Assembly: GCA_964349555.1 (NCBI GenBank)
Contig: CAYGGK010000002.1
Coordinates: 9,258-73,257 of the forward strand
Reading direction: 5' to 3'
From: an uncultured Candidatus Saccharibacteria bacterium
GTDB taxonomy: Bacteria > Patescibacteriota > Minisyncoccia > Phycocordibacterales > Phycocordibacteraceae
Length of the DNA: 64,000 nucleotides
In this document: positions 43,474-54,661 of the stretch, piece by piece
Numbering within the stretch: the first letter of the stretch is position 1
How the letters are laid out: the number at the start of each line of letters is the position of its first letter
Notes under the pieces: model-generated
What the model was told of the DNA's origin: nothing
The model's database searches: none
Seen by the model: the letters and a program-made list of their open reading frames with translations, nothing else
Position numbers and translations under genes: made by a program

Positions 43474-46101
43474 ATGAGGCTTTCAATCATCATTCCGTGC
43501 TACAACGAGAGTCGGACGTTGGAGGAACTATTAGATAAAGTTATTGTGGCACCACTTCCGCAAGGGTGGAACAAAGAGATTATCGTCGTTGATGACGGAT
43601 CTAATCAAGAAACAAAAAATACACTTTCACGTTTGCAGCCTGGACTCTTCTCTTTAGTTCACAGAAAACACAACGGAGGGAAGGGAGCCGCTCTTAAGGA
43701 TGGTTTTGCTAAAGCGTCTGGAGACTACCTTTTAATACAAGACGCAGATCTTGAGTACGATCCGGCGGATTATCTTGCACTCCTTTCGCCCATTGACCAA
43801 AAGAAGGCCCAAATAGTATTTGGATCTCGACGCACGAAGAGAGAAAACGCATCCGGGAATATTCTCTATGCTTGGGGAGGAGTACTCGTCACCAAGATAT
43901 TTAATGTACTATTCAAAACCAACCTCACTGACATAGCGACGTGCTACAAGGTTTTCCCCAAGTATCTCGTACCAGAGCTTTTGAAATGCAAAAATCAAAG
44001 TTTCATTTTTGATATGGTCGATTTGACCCATGTTCTTGCGACCCATGAAAAGATCATAGAAGTACCGATTTCATATAGAGCACGAACGAAACAAAACGGA
44101 AAAAAACTCAAATGGACAGATGGAATACGGGCGGTGACAAGAATGTTCGCCCTCAAATTTTCCTCTGGTGAGAATCTTTTGAAACTTGCCGTTTTTGGAC
44201 TTCTTCTGCTTTTTTATGGCTCACTGTTGATTCATCAGATTGATTTCTCCGCGGGAGATGATCTTCCGCGCCACATTAAAAACGGCGAGATGATACTCAA
44301 TGGCAATTTTGAAATCCTGTACCAAAATACGTACTCATATACAGAATCCAATGAGACCTTTGTTAATCATCATTGGTTGTCTGGCGTTGTTTTTTACCTG
44401 CTTAATGTCGCTTTTGGTTGGAATGGATTCATTATCTTCAAGGCGATTCTTTTGCTCACTTCCTTTTCCCTGCTGTTCTTCACCGCATTGCGGAAATCCT
44501 CCTTTTGGCTTGCCGCGATACTTTCTGTCCCGGCAATTCTTATACTCGCGGAACGTACAACCCTGCGCCCCGAGATATTCAGCTATTTCTTTATCGCAAC
44601 TTTTCTTTACATCTTAACAGTTGGCGAAAAAAATCAGAATACAAGAAAAATATACCTACTTATTCCGCTCCAACTACTCTGGGTTAATCTCCACATCTTT
44701 TTTCCCATCGGCATCGTACTCGTCGGCGCTTTTTTCTTAGAAAAAGTGGTTGAATACAGAAAATCCTTGACGGGAAACTCTTATATCCGCAGGTTAATTA
44801 CTGTGCTGTGTGCCGTCGTTTTTGTCTCATTCCTCAACCCTAACGGCATTGCCGGAGTACTTGAACCAGTCCGCATTTCCAATGACATTGGCATTGAGGT
44901 AAGCGAGACACAGTCAATACTCACGGTCATGAGGACAGAGCCGCTTAAAGATGTCATACCCATTTTCACCTTCGTTGCGATGCTGCCGTTTCTAGTCCTT
45001 AGTTTCGTTCTTGCTGGAAAAAAGAGGCCGATACCATTTTATGCCGTCGCAGCATTATTCACAGTAGCCGCAGGACTGTTAATGAGACGAAATATACCCC
45101 TTACCGGCTTGATTTTTCTTCCTGCGGTAGCGGCAAACATGCACGCATACTTCGCAGCTCAACGTATACAAAAGTCGAAGCTAAGCCCATACGTTGCTGC
45201 GTGGATAATTGGCACTTTGCTGGTGATTCTAATCTCGCTAGGTTTGAACGGGGGAATTACCGTATATAACAGACCAGGACTGGGGCTGACACCCCGCTCT
45301 CAAGACGCAGCTCTCTTTCTGAAAGAACATTCACTGCGAGGGCCTATATTCAACAACTTTGATAGTGGTAGTTATCTGATTTACCACTTGTTTCCAAAAG
45401 AAAAGGTATTCGTAGACAACAGACCTGAAGCTTATTCCAGATCCTTTTTTGAGCATGAGTATCTTGAGCCCATGCAAAATGAAACCGCGTGGGAACAACT
45501 ACTCACAAAATATAATTTTAACATGGTGTTCCTTTCCACGTATGACCAAAGTTGGTATTTCCACCAGTTTGCTTTTAACCGAATCCGCGATCCGGCATGG
45601 GCACTCGTATATGCCGATACGTATCATCTCATTTTTTTGAGGCGCGTCTCCAACAATGAAGAGATCATTCGGCGTTTTGAGATTTCACCCGTAAATGCAG
45701 AAGAAAAATTACGCCCCTTAGCGAACTCGTTGTATTTTGAAGACAAAGTTGCAGCAGCGGATATTTTCAACCTTTTGGGAATGGAAAGTCTCGCAGCCGA
45801 AACCCACTTACGTATCGTGACGCAATGGCCTGATAAGGCAAAAATATGGATGGTAATGGGCATCTGGGAGCTTATCGGCACTAGAGCAGACATGGATCCG
45901 AGAAGGGGCGTCGAGTATCTCAAAAAAGCTATTGATTTTGGGCAAAAGACTGCGGGGGCATACTATTTCCTCAGCTTCGGTTATTACAAGATCGGCGACT
46001 TTGAGAAAGCGAAAGTAGCAATCAAGCACTCTTTGGATATTAACCCCTCCTATCAAGCCTCCCTTGACCTCCAAAAGCTACTGCTCAATAAATCAAACTA
46101 A
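43474..46101 (+). CDS. fusion protein: N-terminal family-2 glycosyltransferase (DPM1-like), central about 11-TM domain, C-terminal TPR repeats
   Basis: SIIIPCYNE.., VVDDGSNQET, LIQDADLEYDP (DxD), then long polytopic region, then TPR-like C-terminus (..AYYFLSFGYYKIGDFEKAKVAIKHSLDINP). Confidence 0.7.
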   Translation: MRLSIIIPCYNESRTLEELLDKVIVAPLPQGWNKEIIVVDDGSNQETKNTLSRLQPGLFSLVHRKHNGGKGAALKDGFAKASGDYLLIQDADLEYDPADYLALLSPIDQKKAQIVFGSRRTKRENASGNILYAWGGVLVTKIFNVLFKTNLTDIATCYKVFPKYLVPELLKCKNQSFIFDMVDLTHVLATHEKIIEVPISYRARTKQNGKKLKWTDGIRAVTRMFALKFSSGENLLKLAVFGLLLLFYGSLLIHQIDFSAGDDLPRHIKNGEMILNGNFEILYQNTYSYTESNETFVNHHWLSGVVFYLLNVAFGWNGFIIFKAILLLTSFSLLFFTALRKSSFWLAAILSVPAILILAERTTLRPEIFSYFFIATFLYILTVGEKNQNTRKIYLLIPLQLLWVNLHIFFPIGIVLVGAFFLEKVVEYRKSLTGNSYIRRLITVLCAVVFVSFLNPNGIAGVLEPVRISNDIGIEVSETQSILTVMRTEPLKDVIPIFTFVAMLPFLVLSFVLAGKKRPIPFYAVAALFTVAAGLLMRRNIPLTGLIFLPAVAANMHAYFAAQRIQKSKLSPYVAAWIIGTLLVILISLGLNGGITVYNRPGLGLTPRSQDAALFLKEHSLRGPIFNNFDSGSYLIYHLFPKEKVFVDNRPEAYSRSFFEHEYLEPMQNETAWEQLLTKYNFNMVFLSTYDQSWYFHQFAFNRIRDPAWALVYADTYHLIFLRRVSNNEEIIRRFEISPVNAEEKLRPLANSLYFEDKVAAADIFNLLGMESLAAETHLRIVTQWPDKAKIWMVMGIWELIGTRADMDPRRGVEYLKKAIDFGQKTAGAYYFLSFGYYKIGDFEKAKVAIKHSLDINPSYQASLDLQKLLLNKSN

Positions 46102-46401
46102 TTTGGTGCTATAATTTTTGAAGACTTACTAACAAATCTTAATTATCTTAATTACTAAACCATGAGAAAAATATTCCTCTTCAGTATGTTACTAATCTCC
46201 GCATACTTACCACTCACTGCCAAAGCAGCATTTAGTGTCCCCCAAGGTTGAACCGGGCTATCGACGATACCAACCGGGTCTCTTCTCATAGGGAATGGAA
46301 CAAACCCGCTCCAAACTACATATGCCCCGAGTTTTGAGTTTCTCAACTCCACAAGTACCATAGCGACGTCTACCTTCAGTGGGAACCTTTCGATTGGAGG
46401 A

Positions 46402-46983
46402 TTGTTTAATTTCGCTTCGGGTTGGATAAACAATCTCTCATTCGGTATTTCTAACTCAGAAAACATAATCTCAACAAGAGATAGTACAGATGTACCAGAC
46501 GCACTCACCATAAAGACTGGAGATGCTACAGGACAGGCTGGATCGGTTCCAGACTTGCTTATACGAGGAGGGGATCTTCTTAATGGAGACGGAGAAGGCG
46601 GGGGAGGCCAAGTGGGCCTTATGGGAGGGAGCTCATTAGGAAATGGGAGAGGAGGTGATGTTGGACTAGAAGCAGGTAGCGGAGGTTCGTCGGGCGGCAA
46701 CGGTGGGGATGTAAACCTGCTTTCGGGATATGCTAATGGTGGTGATTTTAGAGGTGGTGACGTTAATCTTCAGGTAGGTCCGGGCAGTGGAGCAGGGAGG
46801 AACGGGATCATCAGACTAACGTCAGTGGTGGTTATGGGCACAACAACGATAGAGTTTGGCCTAGTAGACGCAGGGGCCACAGGTCACCATGTATGCTACA
46901 ACACCAAAAATACGGCAGGAGAGGCTATCTCCTTCTATTTTGTCGGAACGACGATGGTTGTAGAAAGTAATTTGTGTAAATAA
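46402..46983 (+). CDS. Gly-rich repeat protein (GGDV/GGN repeats); in frame with an upstream signal peptide (46162..46248) but separated by TGA
   Basis: ORF track (alternative TTG start); repeats GGDVGLEAG / GGNGGDVNLLSG / GGDFRGGDVNLQVG; see finding. Confidence 0.4.
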   Translation: MFNFASGWINNLSFGISNSENIISTRDSTDVPDALTIKTGDATGQAGSVPDLLIRGGDLLNGDGEGGGGQVGLMGGSSLGNGRGGDVGLEAGSGGSSGGNGGDVNLLSGYANGGDFRGGDVNLQVGPGSGAGRNGIIRLTSVVVMGTTTIEFGLVDAGATGHHVCYNTKNTAGEAISFYFVGTTMVVESNLCK

Positions 46984-47058
46984 AATTCCACAATCTTAGC
47001 GTCGGTCCCATTGCTCGGTCACTTGAATTAGCACTGGCTGGTGCCCCCAGCTGGAATC

Positions 47059-47133
47059 GAACCAACATCGACGGCTTAGAAGTCCGCTACTTTATCCATT
47101 AAGCTATGGGGGCAATACTCCCCTACCTTATCG
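47059..47133 (-). tRNA. tRNA-Arg (anticodon TCT), CCA encoded
   Basis: Manual fold: acceptor GCCCCCA/TGGGGGC, anticodon loop CTTCTAA, T-loop TTCGATT, 3' ACCA. Confidence 0.7.
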
Positions 47134-47143
47134 CACCTAAGCG

Positions 47144-47449
47144 TTATTGCGAAGGGTCGGTGTAGTGGTAGACCCCTGTCGCATATTTCGCCTCTTCGGC
47201 GGCACGTTTTTCAAAAATGGCGCGGATAGTGTCGAGTGAGGAACTCGTGAAGACTGGCGTGCTGGTCGCGCTCACTCCGATAACGCCTCCACGAGCAACC
47301 GTGTTAAACGCCCACACATTCCACACGACAATGCTCACAAACGCCAGCAGTGAAAGCGCCAGTAGTGCCAACCAGTCGCGCACCGGGTCTTGATGCGCGC
47401 GGAGGCGCAACCGACTGAAAGAAGAATTGGTAAAGTTAAAAATATTCAT
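47144..47449 (-). CDS. small membrane protein downstream of pilMNO (possible PilP-like/unknown)
   Basis: ORF, single TM LALLALSLLAFVSIVVW; position only. Confidence 0.3.
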   Translation of the reverse strand: MNIFNFTNSSFSRLRLRAHQDPVRDWLALLALSLLAFVSIVVWNVWAFNTVARGGVIGVSATSTPVFTSSSLDTIRAIFEKRAAEEAKYATGVYHYTDPSQ

Positions 47450-47964
47450 ATAGGATTCGTCGATACCGAGCCGACGAGAATCTTCAGATTAGCAGTCCAA
47501 AGATTTTTTTCCTCCTTCCCCAGCGAAAGGTTAGAAATGGAAAGATTGTAAGGGGAATGTTCGATCACTCCAACGGTACGCATAACCGCATCAAACGTCC
47601 CGTTAATCGAAAGCACGAGCGTTAGTGTCGGTTGATTTTTCAAATTGTCGGTGGAAACTGAGAGAACCTTTACCACAGTCTCAAGCGCGCGCCCACGACT
47701 TTCGAGATTATTGATGAAGGAGACCACTTCAGATTCAGGAACGAAATATTTTCTGACCGCCGACTCATCGCCGGCTATTCCGACAAGCGCGGTGCGTGCG
47801 GAGGCGATGCGTGCGGCAGACTCGACCTTCGCGTCAATCTGGCTCTGTAGATTCACCGCCTCCGTACTCTTCTGAGCGATGACGGCATACCAAAGTCTCT
47901 GGCCGGCAAGGGCCGCACTACAGATGACAACCCAGATGATGAGATGAGAGAGTGGCGACTTCAT
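47446..47964 (-). CDS. pilO: type IV pilus assembly protein PilO-like
   Basis: N-terminal TM then coiled-coil plus ferredoxin-like pattern; translationally coupled to pilN/pilM. Confidence 0.45.
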   Translation of the reverse strand: MKSPLSHLIIWVVICSAALAGQRLWYAVIAQKSTEAVNLQSQIDAKVESAARIASARTALVGIAGDESAVRKYFVPESEVVSFINNLESRGRALETVVKVLSVSTDNLKNQPTLTLVLSINGTFDAVMRTVGVIEHSPYNLSISNLSLGKEEKNLWTANLKILVGSVSTNPI

Positions 47965-48515
47965 GGCGCGAGAGTTATGGTAACGCTAAACGTGATATCA
48001 GTATCTTTCGCATACGAAGAAACCGGTACTACCGCGGAGAGAACGCCCGGGGCTCTTTGGAGCGCGAGCTGATAGTTGTTTAACGCAACGCGCGTCGCTG
48101 ACACACCGGAAACAGTCATCGTTTTAGCGCTTTTGCCGACAGAAGGCGCGTAGGTGAGATCTAAAAGCGTAATGCCCGGTCGCGAGGTCGTGAGTATGTC
48201 GCGAATAATCGTACTGACGGAGGAGGTGTTTGAGAGCTCAACAATAGACGCGGTATCGGTTGAAAGCGTGGCGAGACGCGCGGAAAGTGCGGCCTCCTCT
48301 GCGGAAGAAACACTCGACTCAATATGCGCGAGACGCTCTTTTTTAGCTCGAGTGCTTTCGGTAAGAAACACGTAGGTTGGCACGAGCAGTACCGCCGCCG
48401 CGAGCGTCAGCATTGTCACCATCACGACGACTACGACGCCGACGCGAAAAACATATTCTCGAGAGAGCGCTCGCCCGCGCTCAAGAGGAAGGAGGTTGGT
48501 GAGTTCAGTACGCAT
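47961..48515 (-). CDS. pilN: type IV pilus assembly protein PilN-like
   Basis: Short cytoplasmic N-terminus with LLP motif (NLLPLERG), single TM, periplasmic domain. Confidence 0.5.
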   Translation of the reverse strand: MRTELTNLLPLERGRALSREYVFRVGVVVVVMVTMLTLAAAVLLVPTYVFLTESTRAKKERLAHIESSVSSAEEAALSARLATLSTDTASIVELSNTSSVSTIIRDILTTSRPGITLLDLTYAPSVGKSAKTMTVSGVSATRVALNNYQLALQRAPGVLSAVVPVSSYAKDTDITFSVTITLAP

Positions 48516-49641
48516 ATGTCTGAAGAGAGTCGCGAAGCGCGAGACCGATCACTGCCGCGTAAGCGAGCGATTCGGTGTAGTCAAGCGAGGGGAGCTGAGT
48601 GTCGCGCGACGCGAGGTTGGTGAAAACATCGCCGGCGACAACCGGGACTCTTAACGTACCTTCCAGGTATTCTGGAAAGCCGCGCACCGACGCGTTGCCG
48701 CCGACGAGGATAGCGTGCGACACAGGAGTGTGGGCTCCAGAGAGAGTCATCTTCTCTTGCCAATACTCAAGTCGGCGAGAAATCTCGTCGCGAATAACGG
48801 AAACCGTTGAAAGCATCGCCGCGAGGTAGTCTTCGTTCCCTGGTGCCGACACAATGCCTCGCTCTTCCTTTATCCGGCGCGCTTCGGCCTCTGTCACGCC
48901 GAAATGTTTCTGCACCGCGAGCGTGAGGGCGTGGCCGCCGATGCCAATAGTCGTCGCGAATCGCGGGATTCTGTTCGCGACGATGGATATTTTTGTCGTT
49001 GATCTGCCGACGTCAATAATAAGAGCGGTGGACTCGTCTCCGTGGGGGAGAAGCGCGCGAGCAGAGGCGAACGTCTCTCCTTCAAGAGCTCGCACGCGAA
49101 TATGCGCCTCGTCAAACACGGAGAGCGTCTCGTCAACAATGCGCCGCGCGAACCCGATGCCCGCGACAAGCGTGTCGCCCCGCTCCCCCTGCCCCACGGG
49201 GACGATGTCGAATACCGTCTCTGCTGGCGGTAACGGCACGAGCTCATCGAGGCGTTGCTCAACCGCCGTGCGCCATTCAGTAGTCCGAGTGCCCGAAACA
49301 GTTGCTTCAAAAAGATACGACTTTGACTCTGGCAATGCCACATTGGCTGAAGAAATACCGGCTGTTTTAGCAACCACGGAGAGCACGCGAACCACTGCGG
49401 TGCGGTCAACTATCTCACCGTCCACATATGCTCCGGAAGGAAAGCGCGCCTCGGCATATCCCGCGAGCGTTAACCCGTGCATCCCTTCATGTAAACGCAC
49501 GGCCTTGGCCCCGCTGGTAGAAAGGTCTATACCGGAAAAAGGCGGTGCAAGGTAGCGCGGCGGCGCGAAAGCGGCACGGATACGTTCATGAAAAACAAAG
49601 GACATGGTGTATAGAGTATAGCGCGCTCCGATCGACCACAC
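48505..49641 (-). CDS. pilM: type IV pilus assembly protein PilM (actin-like ATPase fold)
   Basis: GIDLSTSGAKAVRL.. ASKHA-fold N-terminus, IIDVGRSTTKISIV second phosphate motif. Confidence 0.65.
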   Translation of the reverse strand: MWSIGARYTLYTMSFVFHERIRAAFAPPRYLAPPFSGIDLSTSGAKAVRLHEGMHGLTLAGYAEARFPSGAYVDGEIVDRTAVVRVLSVVAKTAGISSANVALPESKSYLFEATVSGTRTTEWRTAVEQRLDELVPLPPAETVFDIVPVGQGERGDTLVAGIGFARRIVDETLSVFDEAHIRVRALEGETFASARALLPHGDESTALIIDVGRSTTKISIVANRIPRFATTIGIGGHALTLAVQKHFGVTEAEARRIKEERGIVSAPGNEDYLAAMLSTVSVIRDEISRRLEYWQEKMTLSGAHTPVSHAILVGGNASVRGFPEYLEGTLRVPVVAGDVFTNLASRDTQLPSLDYTESLAYAAVIGLALRDSLQTYAY

Positions 49642-49644
49642 TCG

Positions 49645-49986
49645 CTAGTGTGCCCCTGTTCCAGGCGGCACCTCCCTATCAGGAGTCAGGAATGCGAATG
49701 ATTCTCCCGCACCGACGGCGAAGAGCATGCCGTTGCTCTCGAGCCCGCGTATGGTGCGTGGCTCGAGATTCGTCACGAATGCAAGTTGCCGACCGACAAG
49801 GGCCTCTGGCTCTGGTACATAGGGAGCGATGCCGGAAATAATCTGGCGTGGACCCGTTGTTTCGTTAAAATCAACCACGAGCCGCAGAAGTTTGTCGGTC
49901 TCGGGAACGCGCTCGGCAGAACGTACCGTTCCGACCTGCACTTCTATCTTAGAAAAATCCTCAATTGATATTCGTGGTTTACTCAT
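49645..49986 (-). CDS. CsaA/Trbp111-like tRNA-binding domain protein
   Basis: FSKIEVQVGTVRSAERVPETDKLLRLVVDF..GIAPYV.. = Myf/tRNA_bind OB domain; 113 aa from internal Met of ORF 49645..50271. Confidence 0.7.
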   Translation of the reverse strand: MSKPRISIEDFSKIEVQVGTVRSAERVPETDKLLRLVVDFNETTGPRQIISGIAPYVPEPEALVGRQLAFVTNLEPRTIRGLESNGMLFAVGAGESFAFLTPDREVPPGTGAH

Positions 49987-50422
49987 GGGCAATACGTGAA
50001 AGGTAACTGGTAAGAATAAGCGCGGCGGCAGAGGCATCGACGGCCTCGCGCCTTTTGGGCGCGCGTGTCTTTCTCTCTTTTCCACCGAAGGCGGACCCGC
50101 CCTCGGCGGTTGCAGGCGCGCGACGCGCCTGCGCACTCGTGAGCCCTTCCCACTCATAGAAGACTGGGACGCCGCACCGAGCCGCGACTTCTTCTCCGAG
50201 CTGTTTTGCCCCTTTCGCGGCAGGGTTTTCCTTTCCCGCATAATCAAGCGAGTTGCCGACCACAAGGGCACGCACGTCCTCTTTCGCTATAATTGCGCAA
50301 ATGTGTTCAACTGCCTTGGGAGTGTTCGGGACGACCAAGTGAGGAAACCCCATCGTGCCCGTCTCATCAGAGAGCGCGAGACCAATCTTCTTGGTGCCGT
50401 AGTCAATGCCAAGATGTCGCAT
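49979..50422 (-). CDS. ruvX: YqgF/RuvX-like Holliday-junction resolvase / pre-16S rRNA nuclease
   Basis: MRHLGIDYGTKKIGLALSDETG.. RNase H-like N-terminus; carries the family-1 insert PATAEGGSAFGGKE. Confidence 0.8.
   Translation of the reverse strand: MRHLGIDYGTKKIGLALSDETGTMGFPHLVVPNTPKAVEHICAIIAKEDVRALVVGNSLDYAGKENPAAKGAKQLGEEVAARCGVPVFYEWEGLTSAQARRAPATAEGGSAFGGKERKTRAPKRREAVDASAAALILTSYLSRIAHE
50082..50109. repeat. family-1 palindromic element (degenerate copy CCACCGAAGGCGG-AC-CCGCCCTCGGCGG) in-frame in ruvX
   Basis: Two arm mismatches relative to a perfect palindrome. Confidence 0.7.
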
Positions 50423-50514
50423 ATAAAGAGAAGTGTATGATATAACCTGGTTCTGTGCACGACAGGACAGGGATGGGTGAAAATTTTAGATCTTTGAAAA
50501 ATTCTACACGGAGC

Positions 50515-50601
50515 GGAGGGGTCGCATAGTTGGTCTAGTGCGGTGGACTTGAAATCCACTGTGCCGTAAGGCACCGCGAGTTCGAATCTCGCCCCCTCCG
50601 C
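50515..50601 (+). tRNA. tRNA-Ser (anticodon TGA), type II
   Basis: Manual fold: acceptor GGAGGGG/CCCCTCC, anticodon loop CTTGAAA, long variable arm TGTGCCGTAAGGCAC, T-loop TTCGAAT. Confidence 0.8.
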
Positions 50602-50605
50602 TCCG

Positions 50606-50712
50606 TCGCGGAATCTAGAGCTTTGCCCGCCAGAGGCGGGTCCGCCTCTGGCGGAAAAACTAGCGGGCCAAAAGCCCTTGTGGGTTCGAGTCCCACCCCT
50701 TCCGCAGATGAT
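50606..50712 (+). other. tRNA-like element (5' GCGGAAT..., 3' GTGGGTTCGAGTCCCAC-CCCTTCCGCA) disrupted by or containing a family-1 palindrome at 50627..50654
   Basis: Good T-arm and 3' acceptor-like strand, but no canonical D/anticodon arms; the palindrome plus flanking CTAG..CTAG occupies the central region. Confidence 0.4.
50627..50654. repeat. family-1 palindromic element, perfect copy CCGCCAGAGGCGG-GT-CCGCCTCTGGCGG inside the tRNA-like locus
   Basis: 13-bp perfect arms; central dinucleotide GT (reverse orientation relative to plus-strand copies at 6410/10818/50082). Confidence 0.85.
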
Positions 50713-50728
50713 GCGCTACTATGGAGCA

Positions 50729-51466
50729 ATGACAAAAGTCTTAGGAATTCTTCCCGCGCGCCTCGGCTCCACCCGCCTCCCACGCAAGATGCTCGCCGAC
50801 ATTGACGGGAAGCCTCTTATTTACCACAGCTGGAGCCAAGCAAAGAAAGCAAAACTCCTTGATGACGTTATTATCGCTACCGACGCGGAGGAAATTTCCG
50901 ATGCTGTAACTCCGTACGGAGCAGAAACCATGATGACGCCAGTGGAGATAGCTTCTGGAAGCGACCGTGTCGCATACGCCGCCGCGCACTACACGAAGTT
51001 TCAGCCGGATATTGTCGTAAACATCCAAGGGGATGAGCCTCTTATGCCGCCCGAGGCCATTGATGCCTGCGTGCAGGCGCTGATAGACGACTAGAGCGCA
51101 GTCGTAGCGACGCCTTCAACAAGGTTCATCCGCGAGGGCGATATACATTCTCCTAACTTCGTAAAAGTAGTAACGGATACGAACGGAAACGCGCTTTACT
51201 TTTCGCGTTCGCTCATTCCCTTCCCTCGCGATGAATACAAGACATTTTGGAAACACCTCGGCTTGTATGCGTTCAGAAGAGATTTTCTTGCTACCTATGT
51301 CACACTACCTCAGACGCCCCTAGAGCTTGCAGAGAAATTGGAACAGCTTCGCATCCTCGAGAATGGGTATAAAATTAAAGTCGTGCAAGGAGTATTCAAT
51401 ACGCTTGAGGTGAACACAGCAGAAGAGCTTGAAAGCGTACGGCAGATTGTCGCTACAAGAAAATAG
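50729..51466 (+). pseudogene. kdsB: 3-deoxy-manno-octulosonate cytidylyltransferase (CMP-KDO synthetase) interrupted by a single in-frame TAG at 51092..51094
   Basis: ORFs 50678..51094 and 51263..51466 are in the same frame. The 56 codons between them translate without stops to KdsB-like sequence (..NFVKVVTDTNGNALYFSRSLIPFPRDEY..FWKHLGLYAFRRDFL). Confidence 0.7.
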
Positions 51467-51527
51467 ACCTCTCTCCACTAGGTGCATAAACAACGAGTCG
51501 CACGTGGCGCTCTGATATAATTCTCAT

Positions 51528-52001
51528 ATGCCCGACAGCGCTATTTTAGAATGGGAGGGGAAAGAATACGACTATAATCCGAAGGATGCCGACTGGTACT
51601 GGGTGCTCAGCATTATCGCTATTGCGAGTATTATTGCGTCCATACTCTTCGGCAATTACCTGCTGACCGCTCTTATCGTCATAGCGGCGGTGGCCCTCGC
51701 CCTTCATGCCTCCAAAGAGCCGCCGCTTCACCGCTTCCGCCTCGTCGAGAGAGGCATCGTCATCGGCGACGACTTGCACCCCTTTGAGCACATGCTCTCT
51801 TTTTCCGTTCTTGAAGACGTCAAGGGCGAACTCCCTCCCATGCTCTCTATCAAGACGGAGAGCTGGCTCTCTCCGCACCTAATCATCCCGCTTGAGGGCG
51901 TTGATGCCGATGTGGTCTATACCTATTTCCTTGAACGGGTCGATGAGGACGAGCACAAGCATACTTTCTCAGACGTAGTGGCGGCTTGGCTTGGATTCTG
52001 A
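51528..52001 (+). CDS. hypothetical membrane protein (2 TM)
   Basis: ORF with hydrophobic segment WYWVLSIIAIASIIASILFGNYLLTALIVIAAVALAL. Confidence 0.3.
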   Translation: MPDSAILEWEGKEYDYNPKDADWYWVLSIIAIASIIASILFGNYLLTALIVIAAVALALHASKEPPLHRFRLVERGIVIGDDLHPFEHMLSFSVLEDVKGELPPMLSIKTESWLSPHLIIPLEGVDADVVYTYFLERVDEDEHKHTFSDVVAAWLGF

Positions 52002-52019
52002 TATACATTCACTACGGCC

Positions 52020-52094
52020 GCTCCCGTCGTTCAATGGATAGGACATCTCCTTGCGGAGGAGACGATGTCAGTTCGATTCTGGCCGGGAGCACCA
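52020..52094 (+). tRNA. tRNA-Arg (anticodon GCG), CCA encoded
   Basis: Manual fold: acceptor GCTCCCG/CGGGAGC, anticodon stem TCTCC/GGAGA, loop TTGCGGA, T-loop TTCGATT. Confidence 0.7.
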
Positions 52095-52107
52095 ACAGTA
52101 TTGGTGT

Positions 52108-52353
52108 CTAAAGAAGGACGGTGACCTGATTGTGCGAAACTTCTGCAATTCCTCCTCGGGGCAAGGAAATGGTATGAACCTGATTGTCTGGGGAGATAAT
52201 AGTCGTTTCTCCATTTTTCAGCTCGGCAATGAACGCCTCGTGGTGCGCCAATACTTGAAACACTCCTTCAGTCCCAGGAAACGAGGCGGAAACCGCTTCC
52301 CCATTGAAAAGATTTTGGCCTACTTTTGCAACAGTGAGATGAAAGGTTTTCAT
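52108..52353 (-). CDS. atpC: F1 ATP synthase epsilon subunit (beta-sandwich domain only)
   Basis: MKTFHLTVAKVGQNLFNGEAVSASFPGTEGVFQVLAHHEAFIAELKNGE..; operon position after atpD. Confidence 0.8.
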   Translation of the reverse strand: MKTFHLTVAKVGQNLFNGEAVSASFPGTEGVFQVLAHHEAFIAELKNGETTIISPDNQVHTISLPRGGIAEVSHNQVTVLL

Positions 52354-52366
52354 AGGGAATCGATGC

Positions 52367-54659
<2,293 letters not shown>

Positions 54660-54661
54660 AC

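Noticed and set aside
46402-46983. RTX-type calcium-binding nonapeptide repeats in the Gly-rich protein
   Set aside because: GGNGGDVNL-type units only loosely fit GGxGxDxUx and are few; the evidence is not convincing.
50606-50712. Calling this locus an intact type-II tRNA (Leu/Ser/Tyr) or tRNA-Sec
   Set aside because: The acceptor pairs only 6/7, and no D-arm or 7-nt anticodon loop can be formed. The centre is occupied by the family-1 palindrome. It is kept as a tRNA-like fragment.
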